This document shows positions 1-10,400 of a stretch of DNA of 12,402 nt, in pieces. The DNA comes from Bugula neritina (Eukaryota > Animalia > Bryozoa). How positions within the stretch are numbered: the stretch's first letter is position 1; every line of letters begins with the position of its first letter. The notes below the pieces were generated by a model. The model made no database searches. It was given only the letters and a program-made list of their open reading frames with translations, and was not told where the DNA came from. The stretch is from contig CAXIUT010000080.1 of the NCBI GenBank assembly GCA_964035545.1, forward strand, positions 1 to 12,402, read 5' to 3'. The translations under genes were made by a program, and so were the position numbers.

Positions 1-397
1 CCCAAACCCCAAACCCCAAACCCCAAACCCCAAACCCCAAACCCCAAACCCCAAACCCCAAACCCCAAACCCCAAACCCCAAACCCCAAACCCCAAACCC
101 CAAACCCCAAACCCCAAACCCCAAACCCCAAACCCCAAACCCCAAACCCCAAACCCCAAACCCCAAACCCCAAACCCCAAACCCAAACCCCAAACCCCAA
201 ACCCCAAACCCCAAACCCCAAACCCCAAACCCCAAACCCCAAACCCCAAACCCCAAACCCCAAACCCCAAACCCCAAACCCCAAACCCCAAACCCCAAAC
301 CCCAAACCCCAAACCCCAAACCCCAAACCCCAAACCCCAAACCCCAAACCCCAAACCCCAAACCCCAAACCCCAAACCCCAAACCCCAAACCCCAAA
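1..397. repeat. Left telomere, distal block: (CCCCAAA)n, C4A3
   Basis: 55 perfect CCCCAAA units, plus a partial first unit (1-6) and one CCCAAA variant at 182-187; C-rich strand at the 5' end, as expected for a chromosome end. Confidence 0.9.
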
Positions 398-517
398 CCC
401 CAACCCCAACCCCAACCCCAACCCCAACCCCAACCCCAACCCCAACCCCAACCCCAACCCCAACCCCAACCCCAACCCCAACCCCAACCCCAACCCCAAC
501 CCCAACCCCAACCCCAA
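398..517. repeat. Left telomere, proximal block: (CCCCAA)20, C4A2
   Basis: Exactly 20 perfect CCCCAA units (120 bp) abutting unique AT-rich sequence at 518. This is the Tetrahymena-type ciliate telomere repeat. Confidence 0.95.
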
Positions 518-1591
518 TAATTGCCTATAAAATATTCAATATATTTATGATATTAACTGAATGCTATTGATATTTTAATATGAATTTAAATTCCATATTA
601 ATTATCACCACTAAAATACCATAAAAAACAATAATAAAACCTTAACAATCAACTAAAAAGCCTCCTATCTACTTCATAAACTATCTCATAACTTCATATT
701 AGCAAAACACTGAAAAAACTTATAAATTAGTCTCACAACTGATCAAAAATACCCCACTAAATGCCAAAATAATCAAAAATAGAAGACGATTATCAACTAG
801 TAAATCAATAATGGTAAATATTCTAGTGAAGTAAGATAAAATAAAGCAATTTCAGGGATCAATTTTGTCAAATGATATGCCAGATAATATCATAATTGTG
901 TCAAATATGACAAATACACATAGATGTATGAGAAGGTTATGGTTTAAATGGTAGATTAGAAGTAAATTAATCATGATATGGAGATGAATGTAAAGAAAAA
1001 TATACTTTTGGGATTGGAAAATAAAAGAACATATTAGAAAAATCAACTAATAAACTATTTTAATTATGCTATTTATTTATTTCTTGAACTTAGAACATAT
1101 TCTCGAATAGAAAATCTAAGGAAAAAAGAATATACCTACTATTCACATCAACTACATAAAACATTCAATAAATATGATCAATGAATTCGATTTATCTCGA
1201 CAGCAAGGCTAATCAAACCCCCCTAGACTACTCTCTAGCATCAATAGTCCCATTTAGCAACTGAACAAAAAATGATCAGCTTAGGATGTATTCTACGTCA
1301 ATTTTGATATTCCATATGTTAATAATATGATTTAGGTCGATTTGAAGAATTATATAGAAGTGGTATGAATAAATCAAGAATTAATGCTTCAGAAGGCAAA
1401 TCAAACTAAAAATAGAAGTCCAAAAGATAGAGATATTGAGAGGTAAGAAAGAGAGGAGAAGAGGAGGAAGAGAGGTGGGAAGGAATGATATCAAGTGTGG
1501 AAGAACAGAGATGAATGCTATAGCTTGGAACACTCTTTAATCCAGTTAACTACATACGCAGAATTTTTTTCTTCAATTAATAATTATTGAT

Positions 1592-4500
1592 ATGTAAAAA
1601 AACATTCTGGCCTTTTTGGTCCTGATAACGATCTCATTCGCAGCCTGCCCAGCCACAGGAAATATTAACAACCTACTTGCAGGTACGAGCCATTATAACC
1701 TAGATTGTGTCACCTTCACCGTCAACCCGAATTCTCCAGCCCAGATGCAAAACTACAACTATCAATTCCAGAACAACTTCGCCTCTCTACCTCGCATCGC
1801 CATTGGTATCTATCCCTTTATGCAGCTATCCAAAGTTTTTCCTTCAACGTCGTCGGACCTCATATGTTCTCTGTTAGTCCTCAAAACTCATCTCTTACAG
1901 GAACATCTTTCAAGTTTGCTTATACTCCTTCCGTATGGGCAAGCATCAAGGTCAACTTCTGGGCCAGTGTTCACTCTGATCTTCAAGTTGGACATTTCCA
2001 TGTTGGTAACTTATCTCTTATTTCAGCCCAACTCCAAACCGGAAGCAATAAGTGTAAGGGTTGTGCCTAAGTGTCAACTAACATTGTCTCTCCTTTCTCA
2101 GCAGGACAAAACCCAGTCATCCGTATTTTCCTCAACGGATTTACTCTAAACAAGAAGAGTGGAGCCCTTCAAGTATCAGTTGCTCCAACAAATCTCCAAG
2201 GAACAACTCTTACAATAAAGGTGACAATGGGCAAGATAACTATCCTTGACTCAGTTTATTTGAGTTGGATAGCATTTTCTCCTTCGACTTCTTCTTTTGT
2301 TTCATATGGAGGACAAGTTTCTCTTAACAACTATGCTGGATCAAACAGTCAAGATATCAGCAGTACTATCCATCAATCAGATTACACCATTTATGGTCTT
2401 AATTTGATTTCTATTACTAGTGGAAAAGGTATTTCATTTACCTCAAATGTCAATGATAACTTCATCCTAACTATTGGATCTTCTATCCCCATCGATAGCT
2501 TCTCTCTCATTTATATTGCAGTTGGACCTCTTCCCAGTCAACTTTGTAGCAACTGTGGAGCATAGAATATTGTCAATGGTAAATTCTGTGTTGCTAAATG
2601 CCCAGATAATACTTATACTCATACTTACAGAGATGGTGGTGTTGCATGCAGATCTTGTGCCTCAGAACTTGGATTAATACTTGCAGGAGGAAAATGTATC
2701 AAAGGAGCTAAAACAACCACTACTACCACTAAAACCACTGTTGTTACTAATGGTAAAAAACCCTACCCAAAACCTTACCCAAAACCTTACCCAAAACCTA
2801 AAGTCCCTTACTACCCAAAACCAAAACCTCAACCACCAGTAGTTAAGCCACAACCACCAGTTGTTAAGCCTCAACCACCTGTAGTTAAACCTCAACCACC
2901 AGTTGTCAAGCCACAACCACCTGTAGTAAATCCTCCAGTAGTAAATCCTCCAACTAAACCTGAAGATTGTCCATAAAACTCATATTTCAATGGCAATCAA
3001 TGCGCTTGCTAAGTAGGATATGTTTTCGTTGATGGAAAATGCATTGTTCCTAACCTTGCCATATCTATTCCCATTATGGTAACTTACCCTGGAGCCAAAA
3101 AAGGATGTGATAAAGATCAAGTTGCTCCTCCAGCCAAATGCCCTCACAGTTAAAAATGGAACGGAACTGCATGTGTCTGTGAACCAGGTCTAACAAGAGT
3201 CAGCGGAGGATGTGTAGCTATTCAACCTCCAGTCGGTCCAAATCCTAATCCTACTAAATGTCCCAATGGTGCTTAATGGAATGGTCATGCTTGTGTTTGC
3301 AAAGCAGGATTAACAAGAGTAGGAGATCAATGTGTTACACCTCCAACAAAAACAGATTGCGGTGCTAATGCTCACAATAATGGAGTTGGAGTCTGTATTT
3401 GCAATACAGGATACTTCAGATCATAGAATAACTGCATTAAAGGAACTCCTTGTGGAGCAAATTAAGTTAAAGACAACCAAGGAAGATGCGTATGCAGACA
3501 AGGATTCAAAAATTTCAATGGTATTTGTGCACAATGTCCTCAAGGTGCATTCTGGAGCACTGCATCTCAAAAATGTATCTATGTTTGTGGTCAAAATTCA
3601 GCTTTCTCTCAATCAGCAGGAAAATGCCAATGTCTTGAAGGATATGGATTAATGGGAGGAAATTGTCAACAATGTCCCTCTAACTACTTCATCAGCAATG
3701 GATACTGTGTCACCTGTCCAGTCAACTCCGAATACAATCCAAACAATAACAGATGTGATTGCAAATCAGGTTTCTTCACCAACCAATATGGAATTTGTGC
3801 TAGAAAATGTGGAACTAATGAATAAATCAATCAGGCCACTCAAAGATGCACCTGTCTTAAAGGTCTAGGAAGAATTGGTGGTGTCTGCACTGTCTGCCCT
3901 CAAGGTACCCAACCATCAGCAGATGGCTCAAGCTGTTCAAATTGTGGACCTAATGAAGAATTATCAAATGGTCTTTGTGTCTGTAAATCAGGATATGCTC
4001 ACAACTCAGCAAGAGTTTGTACTATCTGTAATGAAATTCCTAATGGCTTCTTGATCCAAGGATTCTGTTCAGTTTGTCCTCGCAGTATGATCGTAATCAA
4101 TGGAAGATCATGTGGATGCCCTCAAGGAAAGGTTCAAGAAGGATCAATGTGTGTCAGCCAATGCAAAGGTGATGAACTTCTTGATTCTAATGGAAATTGC
4201 TTCACTTGTGGAGCCAATCAAGTCATTTCTAATGGAAAATGCGTCTGCGCTACTGGATATGTAAAAAATCACTGTGGAGTTTGTACTCTTTCATGCAGCA
4301 ATGGATAATTCCCATTCCAAGGAGGATGCGCTATTTGTCCATTAAACACTGTCTTCAAAGCTGAAATCAATGGATGCGGATGTCCAAATGGATAATACAA
4401 AAATAACTTTGGAGTCTGTTAAAAACTTGTTCTCAGACCAGTCGACTGCCCAGATGGACAATATTTTGATGATAATAAAGGATGTGTTGTTTGCCCAGGA

Positions 4501-5151
4501 TCATGCAAAACTTGTTCATCTGCTTCTCAATGTCTTACTTGTTCAACTGCTGGATATGCTCCCAATCAAGATGGACAATGCGTTCCTAAATGTGGTGATG
4601 GACTTATCATTGGAGCTGAAACCTGTGATACTGGAAACAGTTACTCTTCAGGATGTGTTAACTGCAAAACCCAACCAGGATATACCTGTACTGGACAACC
4701 ATCTATCTGCAGAGCACCAAGACCACCTACTCCTCCTCCAAGTCCACCTACTAATCCTCCAAATCCACCTATTGATCCTCCAACTACTCCTCCAACTACT
4801 CCATCAAACCCTAAGCTCTACCAATCAGGAAACAGCAATGTCAATACCAACAACGTCTTCATCACTTTGAAAACTAATCCTACTTTTACCTTCAATGATG
4901 AAACTGAACGTCAGAACTTTTTGAAGACTTAATTCCCTTCAGGACCAAAGCCAACTGTATACTGTTCTCAAAGGAAGAGTCCTAACTTAGATACTTTTGA
5001 TTGTCTCTTGATATATCCATCAGGAGTACCTAATAACCAATTTTCAGTCAAATTCTGGTATAAAAAAGATGGAATCAATGGATAAACAACTGTTAATGTA
5101 GATCCCTTTGCTGTTACTAACTCCAGATCAAGAAGAGGAAGAAGAGCATGA
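1592..5151 (+). CDS. Secreted mosaic Cys-rich protein (~1165 aa): signal peptide, tandem H-type-lectin-like domains, Pro-rich repeats, furin/EGF-like Cys modules, myxococcal-type Cys repeat. Predicted exons 1592-1682, 1704-1805, 1826-2005, 2027-5151
   Basis: ATG at 1592 is followed by a signal peptide MxKNILAFLVLITISFA. Removing the 20-nt GT-AG intron at 1806-1825 joins the two reading frames. The frame then stays open through 13 TAA and 2 TAG codons, with coherent Cys spacing, to TGA TGA at 5149-5154. It contains CGDGLIIGAETCDTGN...GC..C....GYTC (DUF4215/myxococcal Cys repeat-like). Confidence 0.88.
1683..1703 (+). other. Probable 21-nt spliceosomal intron (in-frame, stopless)
   Basis: G|GTACGAGCCATTATAACCTAG|AT closely resembles the RPL8 intron GTAAGATCTTTATAACATAG. 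It is not required to keep the frame. Confidence 0.65.
1806..1825 (+). other. 20-nt spliceosomal intron
   Basis: G|GTATCTATCCCTTTATGCAG|CT; removal is required to join ...LPRIAI to AIQSFSFNVV... Confidence 0.88.
2006..2026 (+). other. Probable 21-nt spliceosomal intron (in-frame, stopless)
   Basis: G|GTAACTTATCTCTTATTTCAG|CC; same size class, GTA start, TTAT core and YAG end as the frame-required introns. Confidence 0.65.
2758..2961 (+). repeat. Coding Pro-rich tandem repeats: (KPYP)x3, then (KPQPPVV)x5, then NPPVVNPP
   Basis: 12-nt and 21-nt repeat units that differ at synonymous third positions, in frame with gene 1. Confidence 0.9.
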
Positions 5152-5580
5152 TGAAAATGATCTAATTTTATTACATGGATATATTCTACTTATTCATCAT
5201 AAATCAATAAAAAATCATTAAATACTATTAATTCTCTTACTTAAATAAACATAACTTGTAAATTAATGGTTCTTCAATTTAATTTTTTTTAAAATGGAAA
5301 ATACTTTAAATAAAGTAGAATTTCCCCAAGTACTAAATTATGATCTTGTTTTTTATTTAATAAGCATTTTTTGATAAATCTTTGTCTAATTAATCATCAT
5401 TTTCTTCATCACTTTGGTTTCATCTTGGCTAAGTTTAGTTATTTATGAAGATAGAGGACCATGTATTGATGAATATTAGCTTTCAATGAGGGCCTTTATG
5501 ACTAGAGATGGTCTAGTTAGCGGTCAGGAAGATAAATTGATTTATTAAATGAATTTAATTAATATTATTTTTTGTGAGAG

Positions 5581-6383
5581 ATGGGAAAAGTCATCAGATG
5601 TAAGATCTTTATAACATAGGCCAAAGAAAAGGTAAAAAAGGCAGCGTCTACAGCGCTCCTAAAAGCAAAAGAATTGCTCCTCCAAGATATCGCAACCTCG
5701 ATTACACCGAAAGACAAGGATATATCCGAGGTGTTGTCAGAGCCATTCTCCATGATCCAGGAAGAGGATGCCCTCTAGCTAAGGTTGATTTTAGAGACCC
5801 TTACAAATACAAAAAAAATACCGAATACTTCATCGCAGCTGAAGGCACATACTCCGGACAGTACGTCTTCGCAGGAAGAAAAGCTGGAGTAGCTATCGGA
5901 AACGTCCTCCCAGTCAGCAACATTACTGAAGGAACAACTATCTGCAACATCGAATCATCTGTTGGAGATAAAGGAAAATACTCAAGATGCTCAGGCACCT
6001 ACGCCACTATCGTCGGTCACTCAGAAGATGGAACCAAAACCAGAGTTAGATTACCATCTGGAACCAGAAAGACTATTAATGGCAACTGTAGAGCAACTGT
6101 TGGTATTATTGCTGGAGGAGGAAGAAACGAAAAGCCAATCATGAAGGCTGGAACCCTTTACCACAAACACAAGAGACAGAGAAAGAGATTCCCTAGAGTT
6201 GCTGGTGTTAGAATGAACCCAGTAGATCATCCTCACGGTGGAGGTAACCACAAGCACTTGGGTAAGCCAGGAACCATCAGCAGATATGCTTCATCAGGTC
6301 AAAAGGTTGGTCTTATTGCTGCTAGAAGGTCCGGTCTCATTAGAGGTACTGTGACTGTCAAAAGAGTCGCAGAGAAAATCTGA
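5581..6383 (+). CDS. RPL8: 60S ribosomal protein uL2 (eukaryotic L8/L2), 260 aa; exons 5581-5599, 5620-6383
   Basis: Spliced translation MGKVIRCQRKG...HDPGRGCPLAKVDFRDPYKY...RLPSG...GGGRNEKP...RMNPVDHPHGGGNHKHLG...GQKVGLIAARRSGLIRG carries the hallmark uL2 motifs and ends at TGA. Confidence 0.98.
5600..5619 (+). other. 20-nt spliceosomal intron in RPL8
   Basis: T|GTAAGATCTTTATAACATAG|GC; removal restores the conserved N-terminus MGxVIRxQRKG in frame with the rest of uL2. Confidence 0.95.
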
Positions 6384-7464
6384 TCAAAACTCTTATTTAA
6401 ATCTTATTCAAAATCTATCATATTAATTAAGTAAATATTAAACTATTCTTTTTCAAAAGAACAAAATTGAGCCCAAAACTTCTCATTTTCAACTTTATCG
6501 TTTTCCTATCCTTCTTGGAATAGATAGTAGATGTTCTATCTTGAATAATAACCATAAAAAATCAAATTTGCTCTTTTTCTATGAATTTATGGAAGAAGAT
6601 CTCAGACGAAAAATCAACAAATAAACTTTAACACGAAGAAACTTTACTTTGTAAGTGTTAAACTTAAAGAAATATAGAATTGTTGATAATTTTGAGGCCA
6701 AAAATAGTCAAAATATCATCATGATCATGAACAATCATTCACTAATATCTTACTTAAGAACAAAAATATGAATATTAATCAACTAGCACGAGCAAGATTG
6801 ATCGAATCAAGCAGTACGAGCCTTGCTTTAAGACTTTTATGGATTACATCATTGAAAAAAAAATCTTGAAAGCATTTATAAATTCTATTAATAAAACTTT
6901 TAAAAACTAAAAAAGAATAAAAAATAAGTTAAATAATCAAACTAATAAGCAAAACTATTATTTTATAATTTTTCAACCTTTTGAAAAAAAGAAAAATGGA
7001 TAAAAAACTTTGATAAAGATGATCGTTTTTTAATAAATCAAATAGAGATATACTATCCTCAACATATCTGTACTTTCGCAGTTATAAACACCCTAGTTAA
7101 AAATCAACTTTCTTTTTTGATCTAATGGGAAATTTTTGAGTTAATTATGTCTTATTGTCAGAAGTAAGTATGTTAACTAGTATTTTCTTTTTGATAGAAG
7201 TACAAGTCTTTGAGGATTTGAATCCTTGATAATGATTTTAGTATATTAAAAAATAGGTTCACTGGCAATACAAGAGATAGTTAAAATATCTAAAAAGATG
7301 GAGAATCAAGAAGATTAGAAAGAGTGTAATCATGAGGAGCCTGGAGGTAAAAGGAAAGAGAAAGATTATTTTAAAACAAGGCTAATGATTATCCGCTGAT
7401 TTTACTTAAAAAACTTGTATTATTAGTTCAAGATTATTTGGCGACGCTATATAATTTTGTTAAG

Positions 7465-10400
7465 ATGTCTAAGAGCTACCTCTTGCTCTTGCTTCTCCTA
7501 CTTGTAGGACAAATCGCCTCTCAAGAATATAAACTGACCTCCGAACAACTCTAAGACCCCGCACTCATGACTCAACTCAACAACTACTTCGGTTGTAAAG
7601 TCTGGAGTGACGATCACTGCATCGAATGTTCAGCAAGATACTACTTCAATAAAAACGGAGTATGTTGCGAAGTCCAAGGTACCTGTGAACAATTCAATCT
7701 TGAATAAGGTATTTGCGAAAAATGTTATTAGGGATATACCGTTATTGATGGCAGATGCTCAAAGGTAGATGTCAATACTCCAACCAATGTCGGATGTGTA
7801 CTATGGAGAAACGGTGCCTGTGAAGCCTGCTCCAAAAGATGGTTCTTCAATGAAGATAAAATTTGTGTTCCAGTCAGCGATCTTTGCTCATCTTGGAATG
7901 ATTAAACAGGAGATTGTACTTAATGTTACTATGGATCCATTGTTCAAGATGGATAATGTGTCGCTCATGTTGATACCAGTGTTGTTCCAGAAAGCAACCT
8001 TTTGTGCAAAATTTGGGATAAATAAGCCTGTCTCGAATGTTCTTCAAGAAGCTTTTTCAATGAAAATGGACTCTGTGTTTCAGTTAGTTCTCAATGTAAT
8101 ACCTATGATAAGGCCTCAGGAGATTGTGTTTCCTGCTTTGCTGGATATGATCTACTTGATGGAAGATGCGATTTCTCAGATTTCAATAATGCTAAACCAG
8201 CTGATCTCGGATGTGGAACTTGGGATTGGAAAAATCAAAAATGTTTGGCCTGCTCAAAACTCTGGGCTTTCAATGATAATGGAGTATGTGTTCCAGTTTC
8301 TGATCAGTGCAAAGCCAACGCAGAAAACGGAGATTGTACTGATTGTTATAAGGGATATGACTTGAAAGAAGGTCAATGCCTCTTCTCTCTTTCCAATAAT
8401 GCTAAGCCAGTTGATTCAGGATGTGGAACTTGGGATTGGAATAACCAAGTTTGTTTAGCATGCTCAAATGGTTGGGTTTTCAATGCTGATAAAGTTTGTA
8501 TTACAGTTTCAGATCAGTGCAAAGCTCATGCCGAAAACGGTGACTGCACTGAATGCTACAAGGGATATGACTTGAAAGAAGGAAAGTGTGTTTTCTCTGA
8601 CTTCAATAATGCCAGACCTGCTGATCTAGGATGCTCTACTTGGGATTGGGATAATCAAGTTTGCTTAAAATGTTCTAGCCAATGGGTTTTCAATGCTGAT
8701 AAACACTGTATTCCAGTTGCTGATCAATGCAAAGCTCATGCCTAAAACGGAGACTGTACTGACTGCTATAAAGGCTATGATCTAAAAGATGGATTATGTA
8801 TTTTCTCTGACTTCAACAACGCCAAGCCTTCTGACTCAGGTTGCGCTACTTGGGACTGGGATAATCAAGTATGTCTTGCTTGCTCTAACCAATGGGTTTT
8901 CAATGCTGATAAGGTCTGCGTTCCAGTATCTGACCAATGCAAAGCTCATGCCTAAAACGGTGACTGCACTGAATGCTTCAAAGGTTATGATCTTAAAGAA
9001 GGAAAGTGTATGTTCTCTGACTTCAACAACGCCAAGCCATCTGACTCAGGTTGTGCTACTTGGGACTGGGATAATCAAGTATGCCTTGCTTGCTCTAACC
9101 AATGGGTCTTCAATGCCGAAAAAGTTTGCGTTCCAGTATCTGACCAATGCAAAGCTCACGCCTAAAACGGAGATTGTACTGAATGCTTCAAAGGATACGA
9201 CTTGAAAGAAGGTAAATGCCTCTTCTCTGACTTCAACAACGCCAAACCTTCTGATTCTGGATGTGCTACTTGGGATTGGGACAATCAAAAATGTCTTGCC
9301 TGTTCAAAACAATGGGTTTTCAATGCTGAGGGAGTTTGTGTTCCAGTATCTGACCAATGTAAAGCTCATGCCTAAAACGGTGACTGCACTGAATGCTTCA
9401 AAGGTTATGATCTTAAAGAAGGAAAGTGTATGTTCTCTGACTTCAACAACGCCAAGCCATCTGACTCAGGTTGCGCTACTTGGGACTGGGATAATCAAGT
9501 ATGCCTTGCTTGCTCTAACCAATGGGTCTTCAATGCCGAAAAAGTTTGCGTTCCAGTATCTGACCAATGCAAAGCTCACGCCTAAAACGGAGATTGTACT
9601 GAATGCTTCAAAGGATACGACTTGAAAGAAGGTAAATGCCTCTTCTCTGACTTCAACAACGCCAAACCTTCTGATTCTGGATGTGCTACTTGGGATTGGG
9701 ACAATCAAAAATGTCTTGCCTGTTCAAAACAATGGGTTTTCAATGCTGAGGGAGTTTGTGTTCCAGTATCTGACCAATGTAAAGCTCATGCCTAAAACGG
9801 TGACTGCACTGAATGCTTCAAAGGTTATGATCTTAAAGAAGGAAAGTGTATGTTCTCTGACTTCAACAACGCCAAGCCATCTGACTCAGGTTGTGCTACT
9901 TGGGACTGGGATAATCAAGTATGCCTTGCTTGCTCTAACCAATGGGTCTTTAATGCTGATAAGGTCTGCGTTCCAGTATCTGACCAATGTAAAGCTCATG
10001 CTTAAAACGGTGACTGCACTGAATGCTTTAAAGGATATGACTTAAAAGAAGGTCAATGCCTCTTCTCTGACTTCAACAACGCCAAACCTTCTGACTCAGG
10101 TTGTGCTACTTGGGACTGGGATAATCAAGTATGCCTTGCTTGCTCTAACCAATGGGTTTTCAATGCTGATAAGGTCTGCGTTCCAGTATCTGACCAATGC
10201 AAAGCTCATGCCTAAAACGGAGACTGTACTGACTGCTATAAAGGCTATGATCTAAAAGATGGATTATGTATTTTCTCTGACTTCAACAACGCCAAGCCTT
10301 CTGACTCAGGTTGCGCTACTTGGGACTGGGATAATCAAGTATGTCTTGCTTGCTCTAACCAATGGGTTTTCAATGCTGATAAGGTCTGCGTTCCAGTATC

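Noticed and set aside
518-1591. Possible extra gene in the left subtelomeric region, including ORF 852-1046 (-)
   Set aside because: Very AT-rich, the frames I checked are broken by TGA, and there is no recognisable protein. A small multi-intron gene cannot be fully excluded without RNA data.
2474-6257. Track ORFs 2474-2677, 2674-2916 (Trp-rich), 3332-3652, 4370-4870, 5565-5753, 5801-5998, 5962-6144, 6051-6257
   Set aside because: Off-frame or antisense shadows of gene 1 and RPL8. The Trp-rich ORF is the antisense of CCA Pro codons.
6786-6830. GC-richer patch with short AGCAAG/CTTGCT complementarity, possible ncRNA
   Set aside because: Only a 6-bp stem and no tRNA, snRNA or snoRNA hallmarks.
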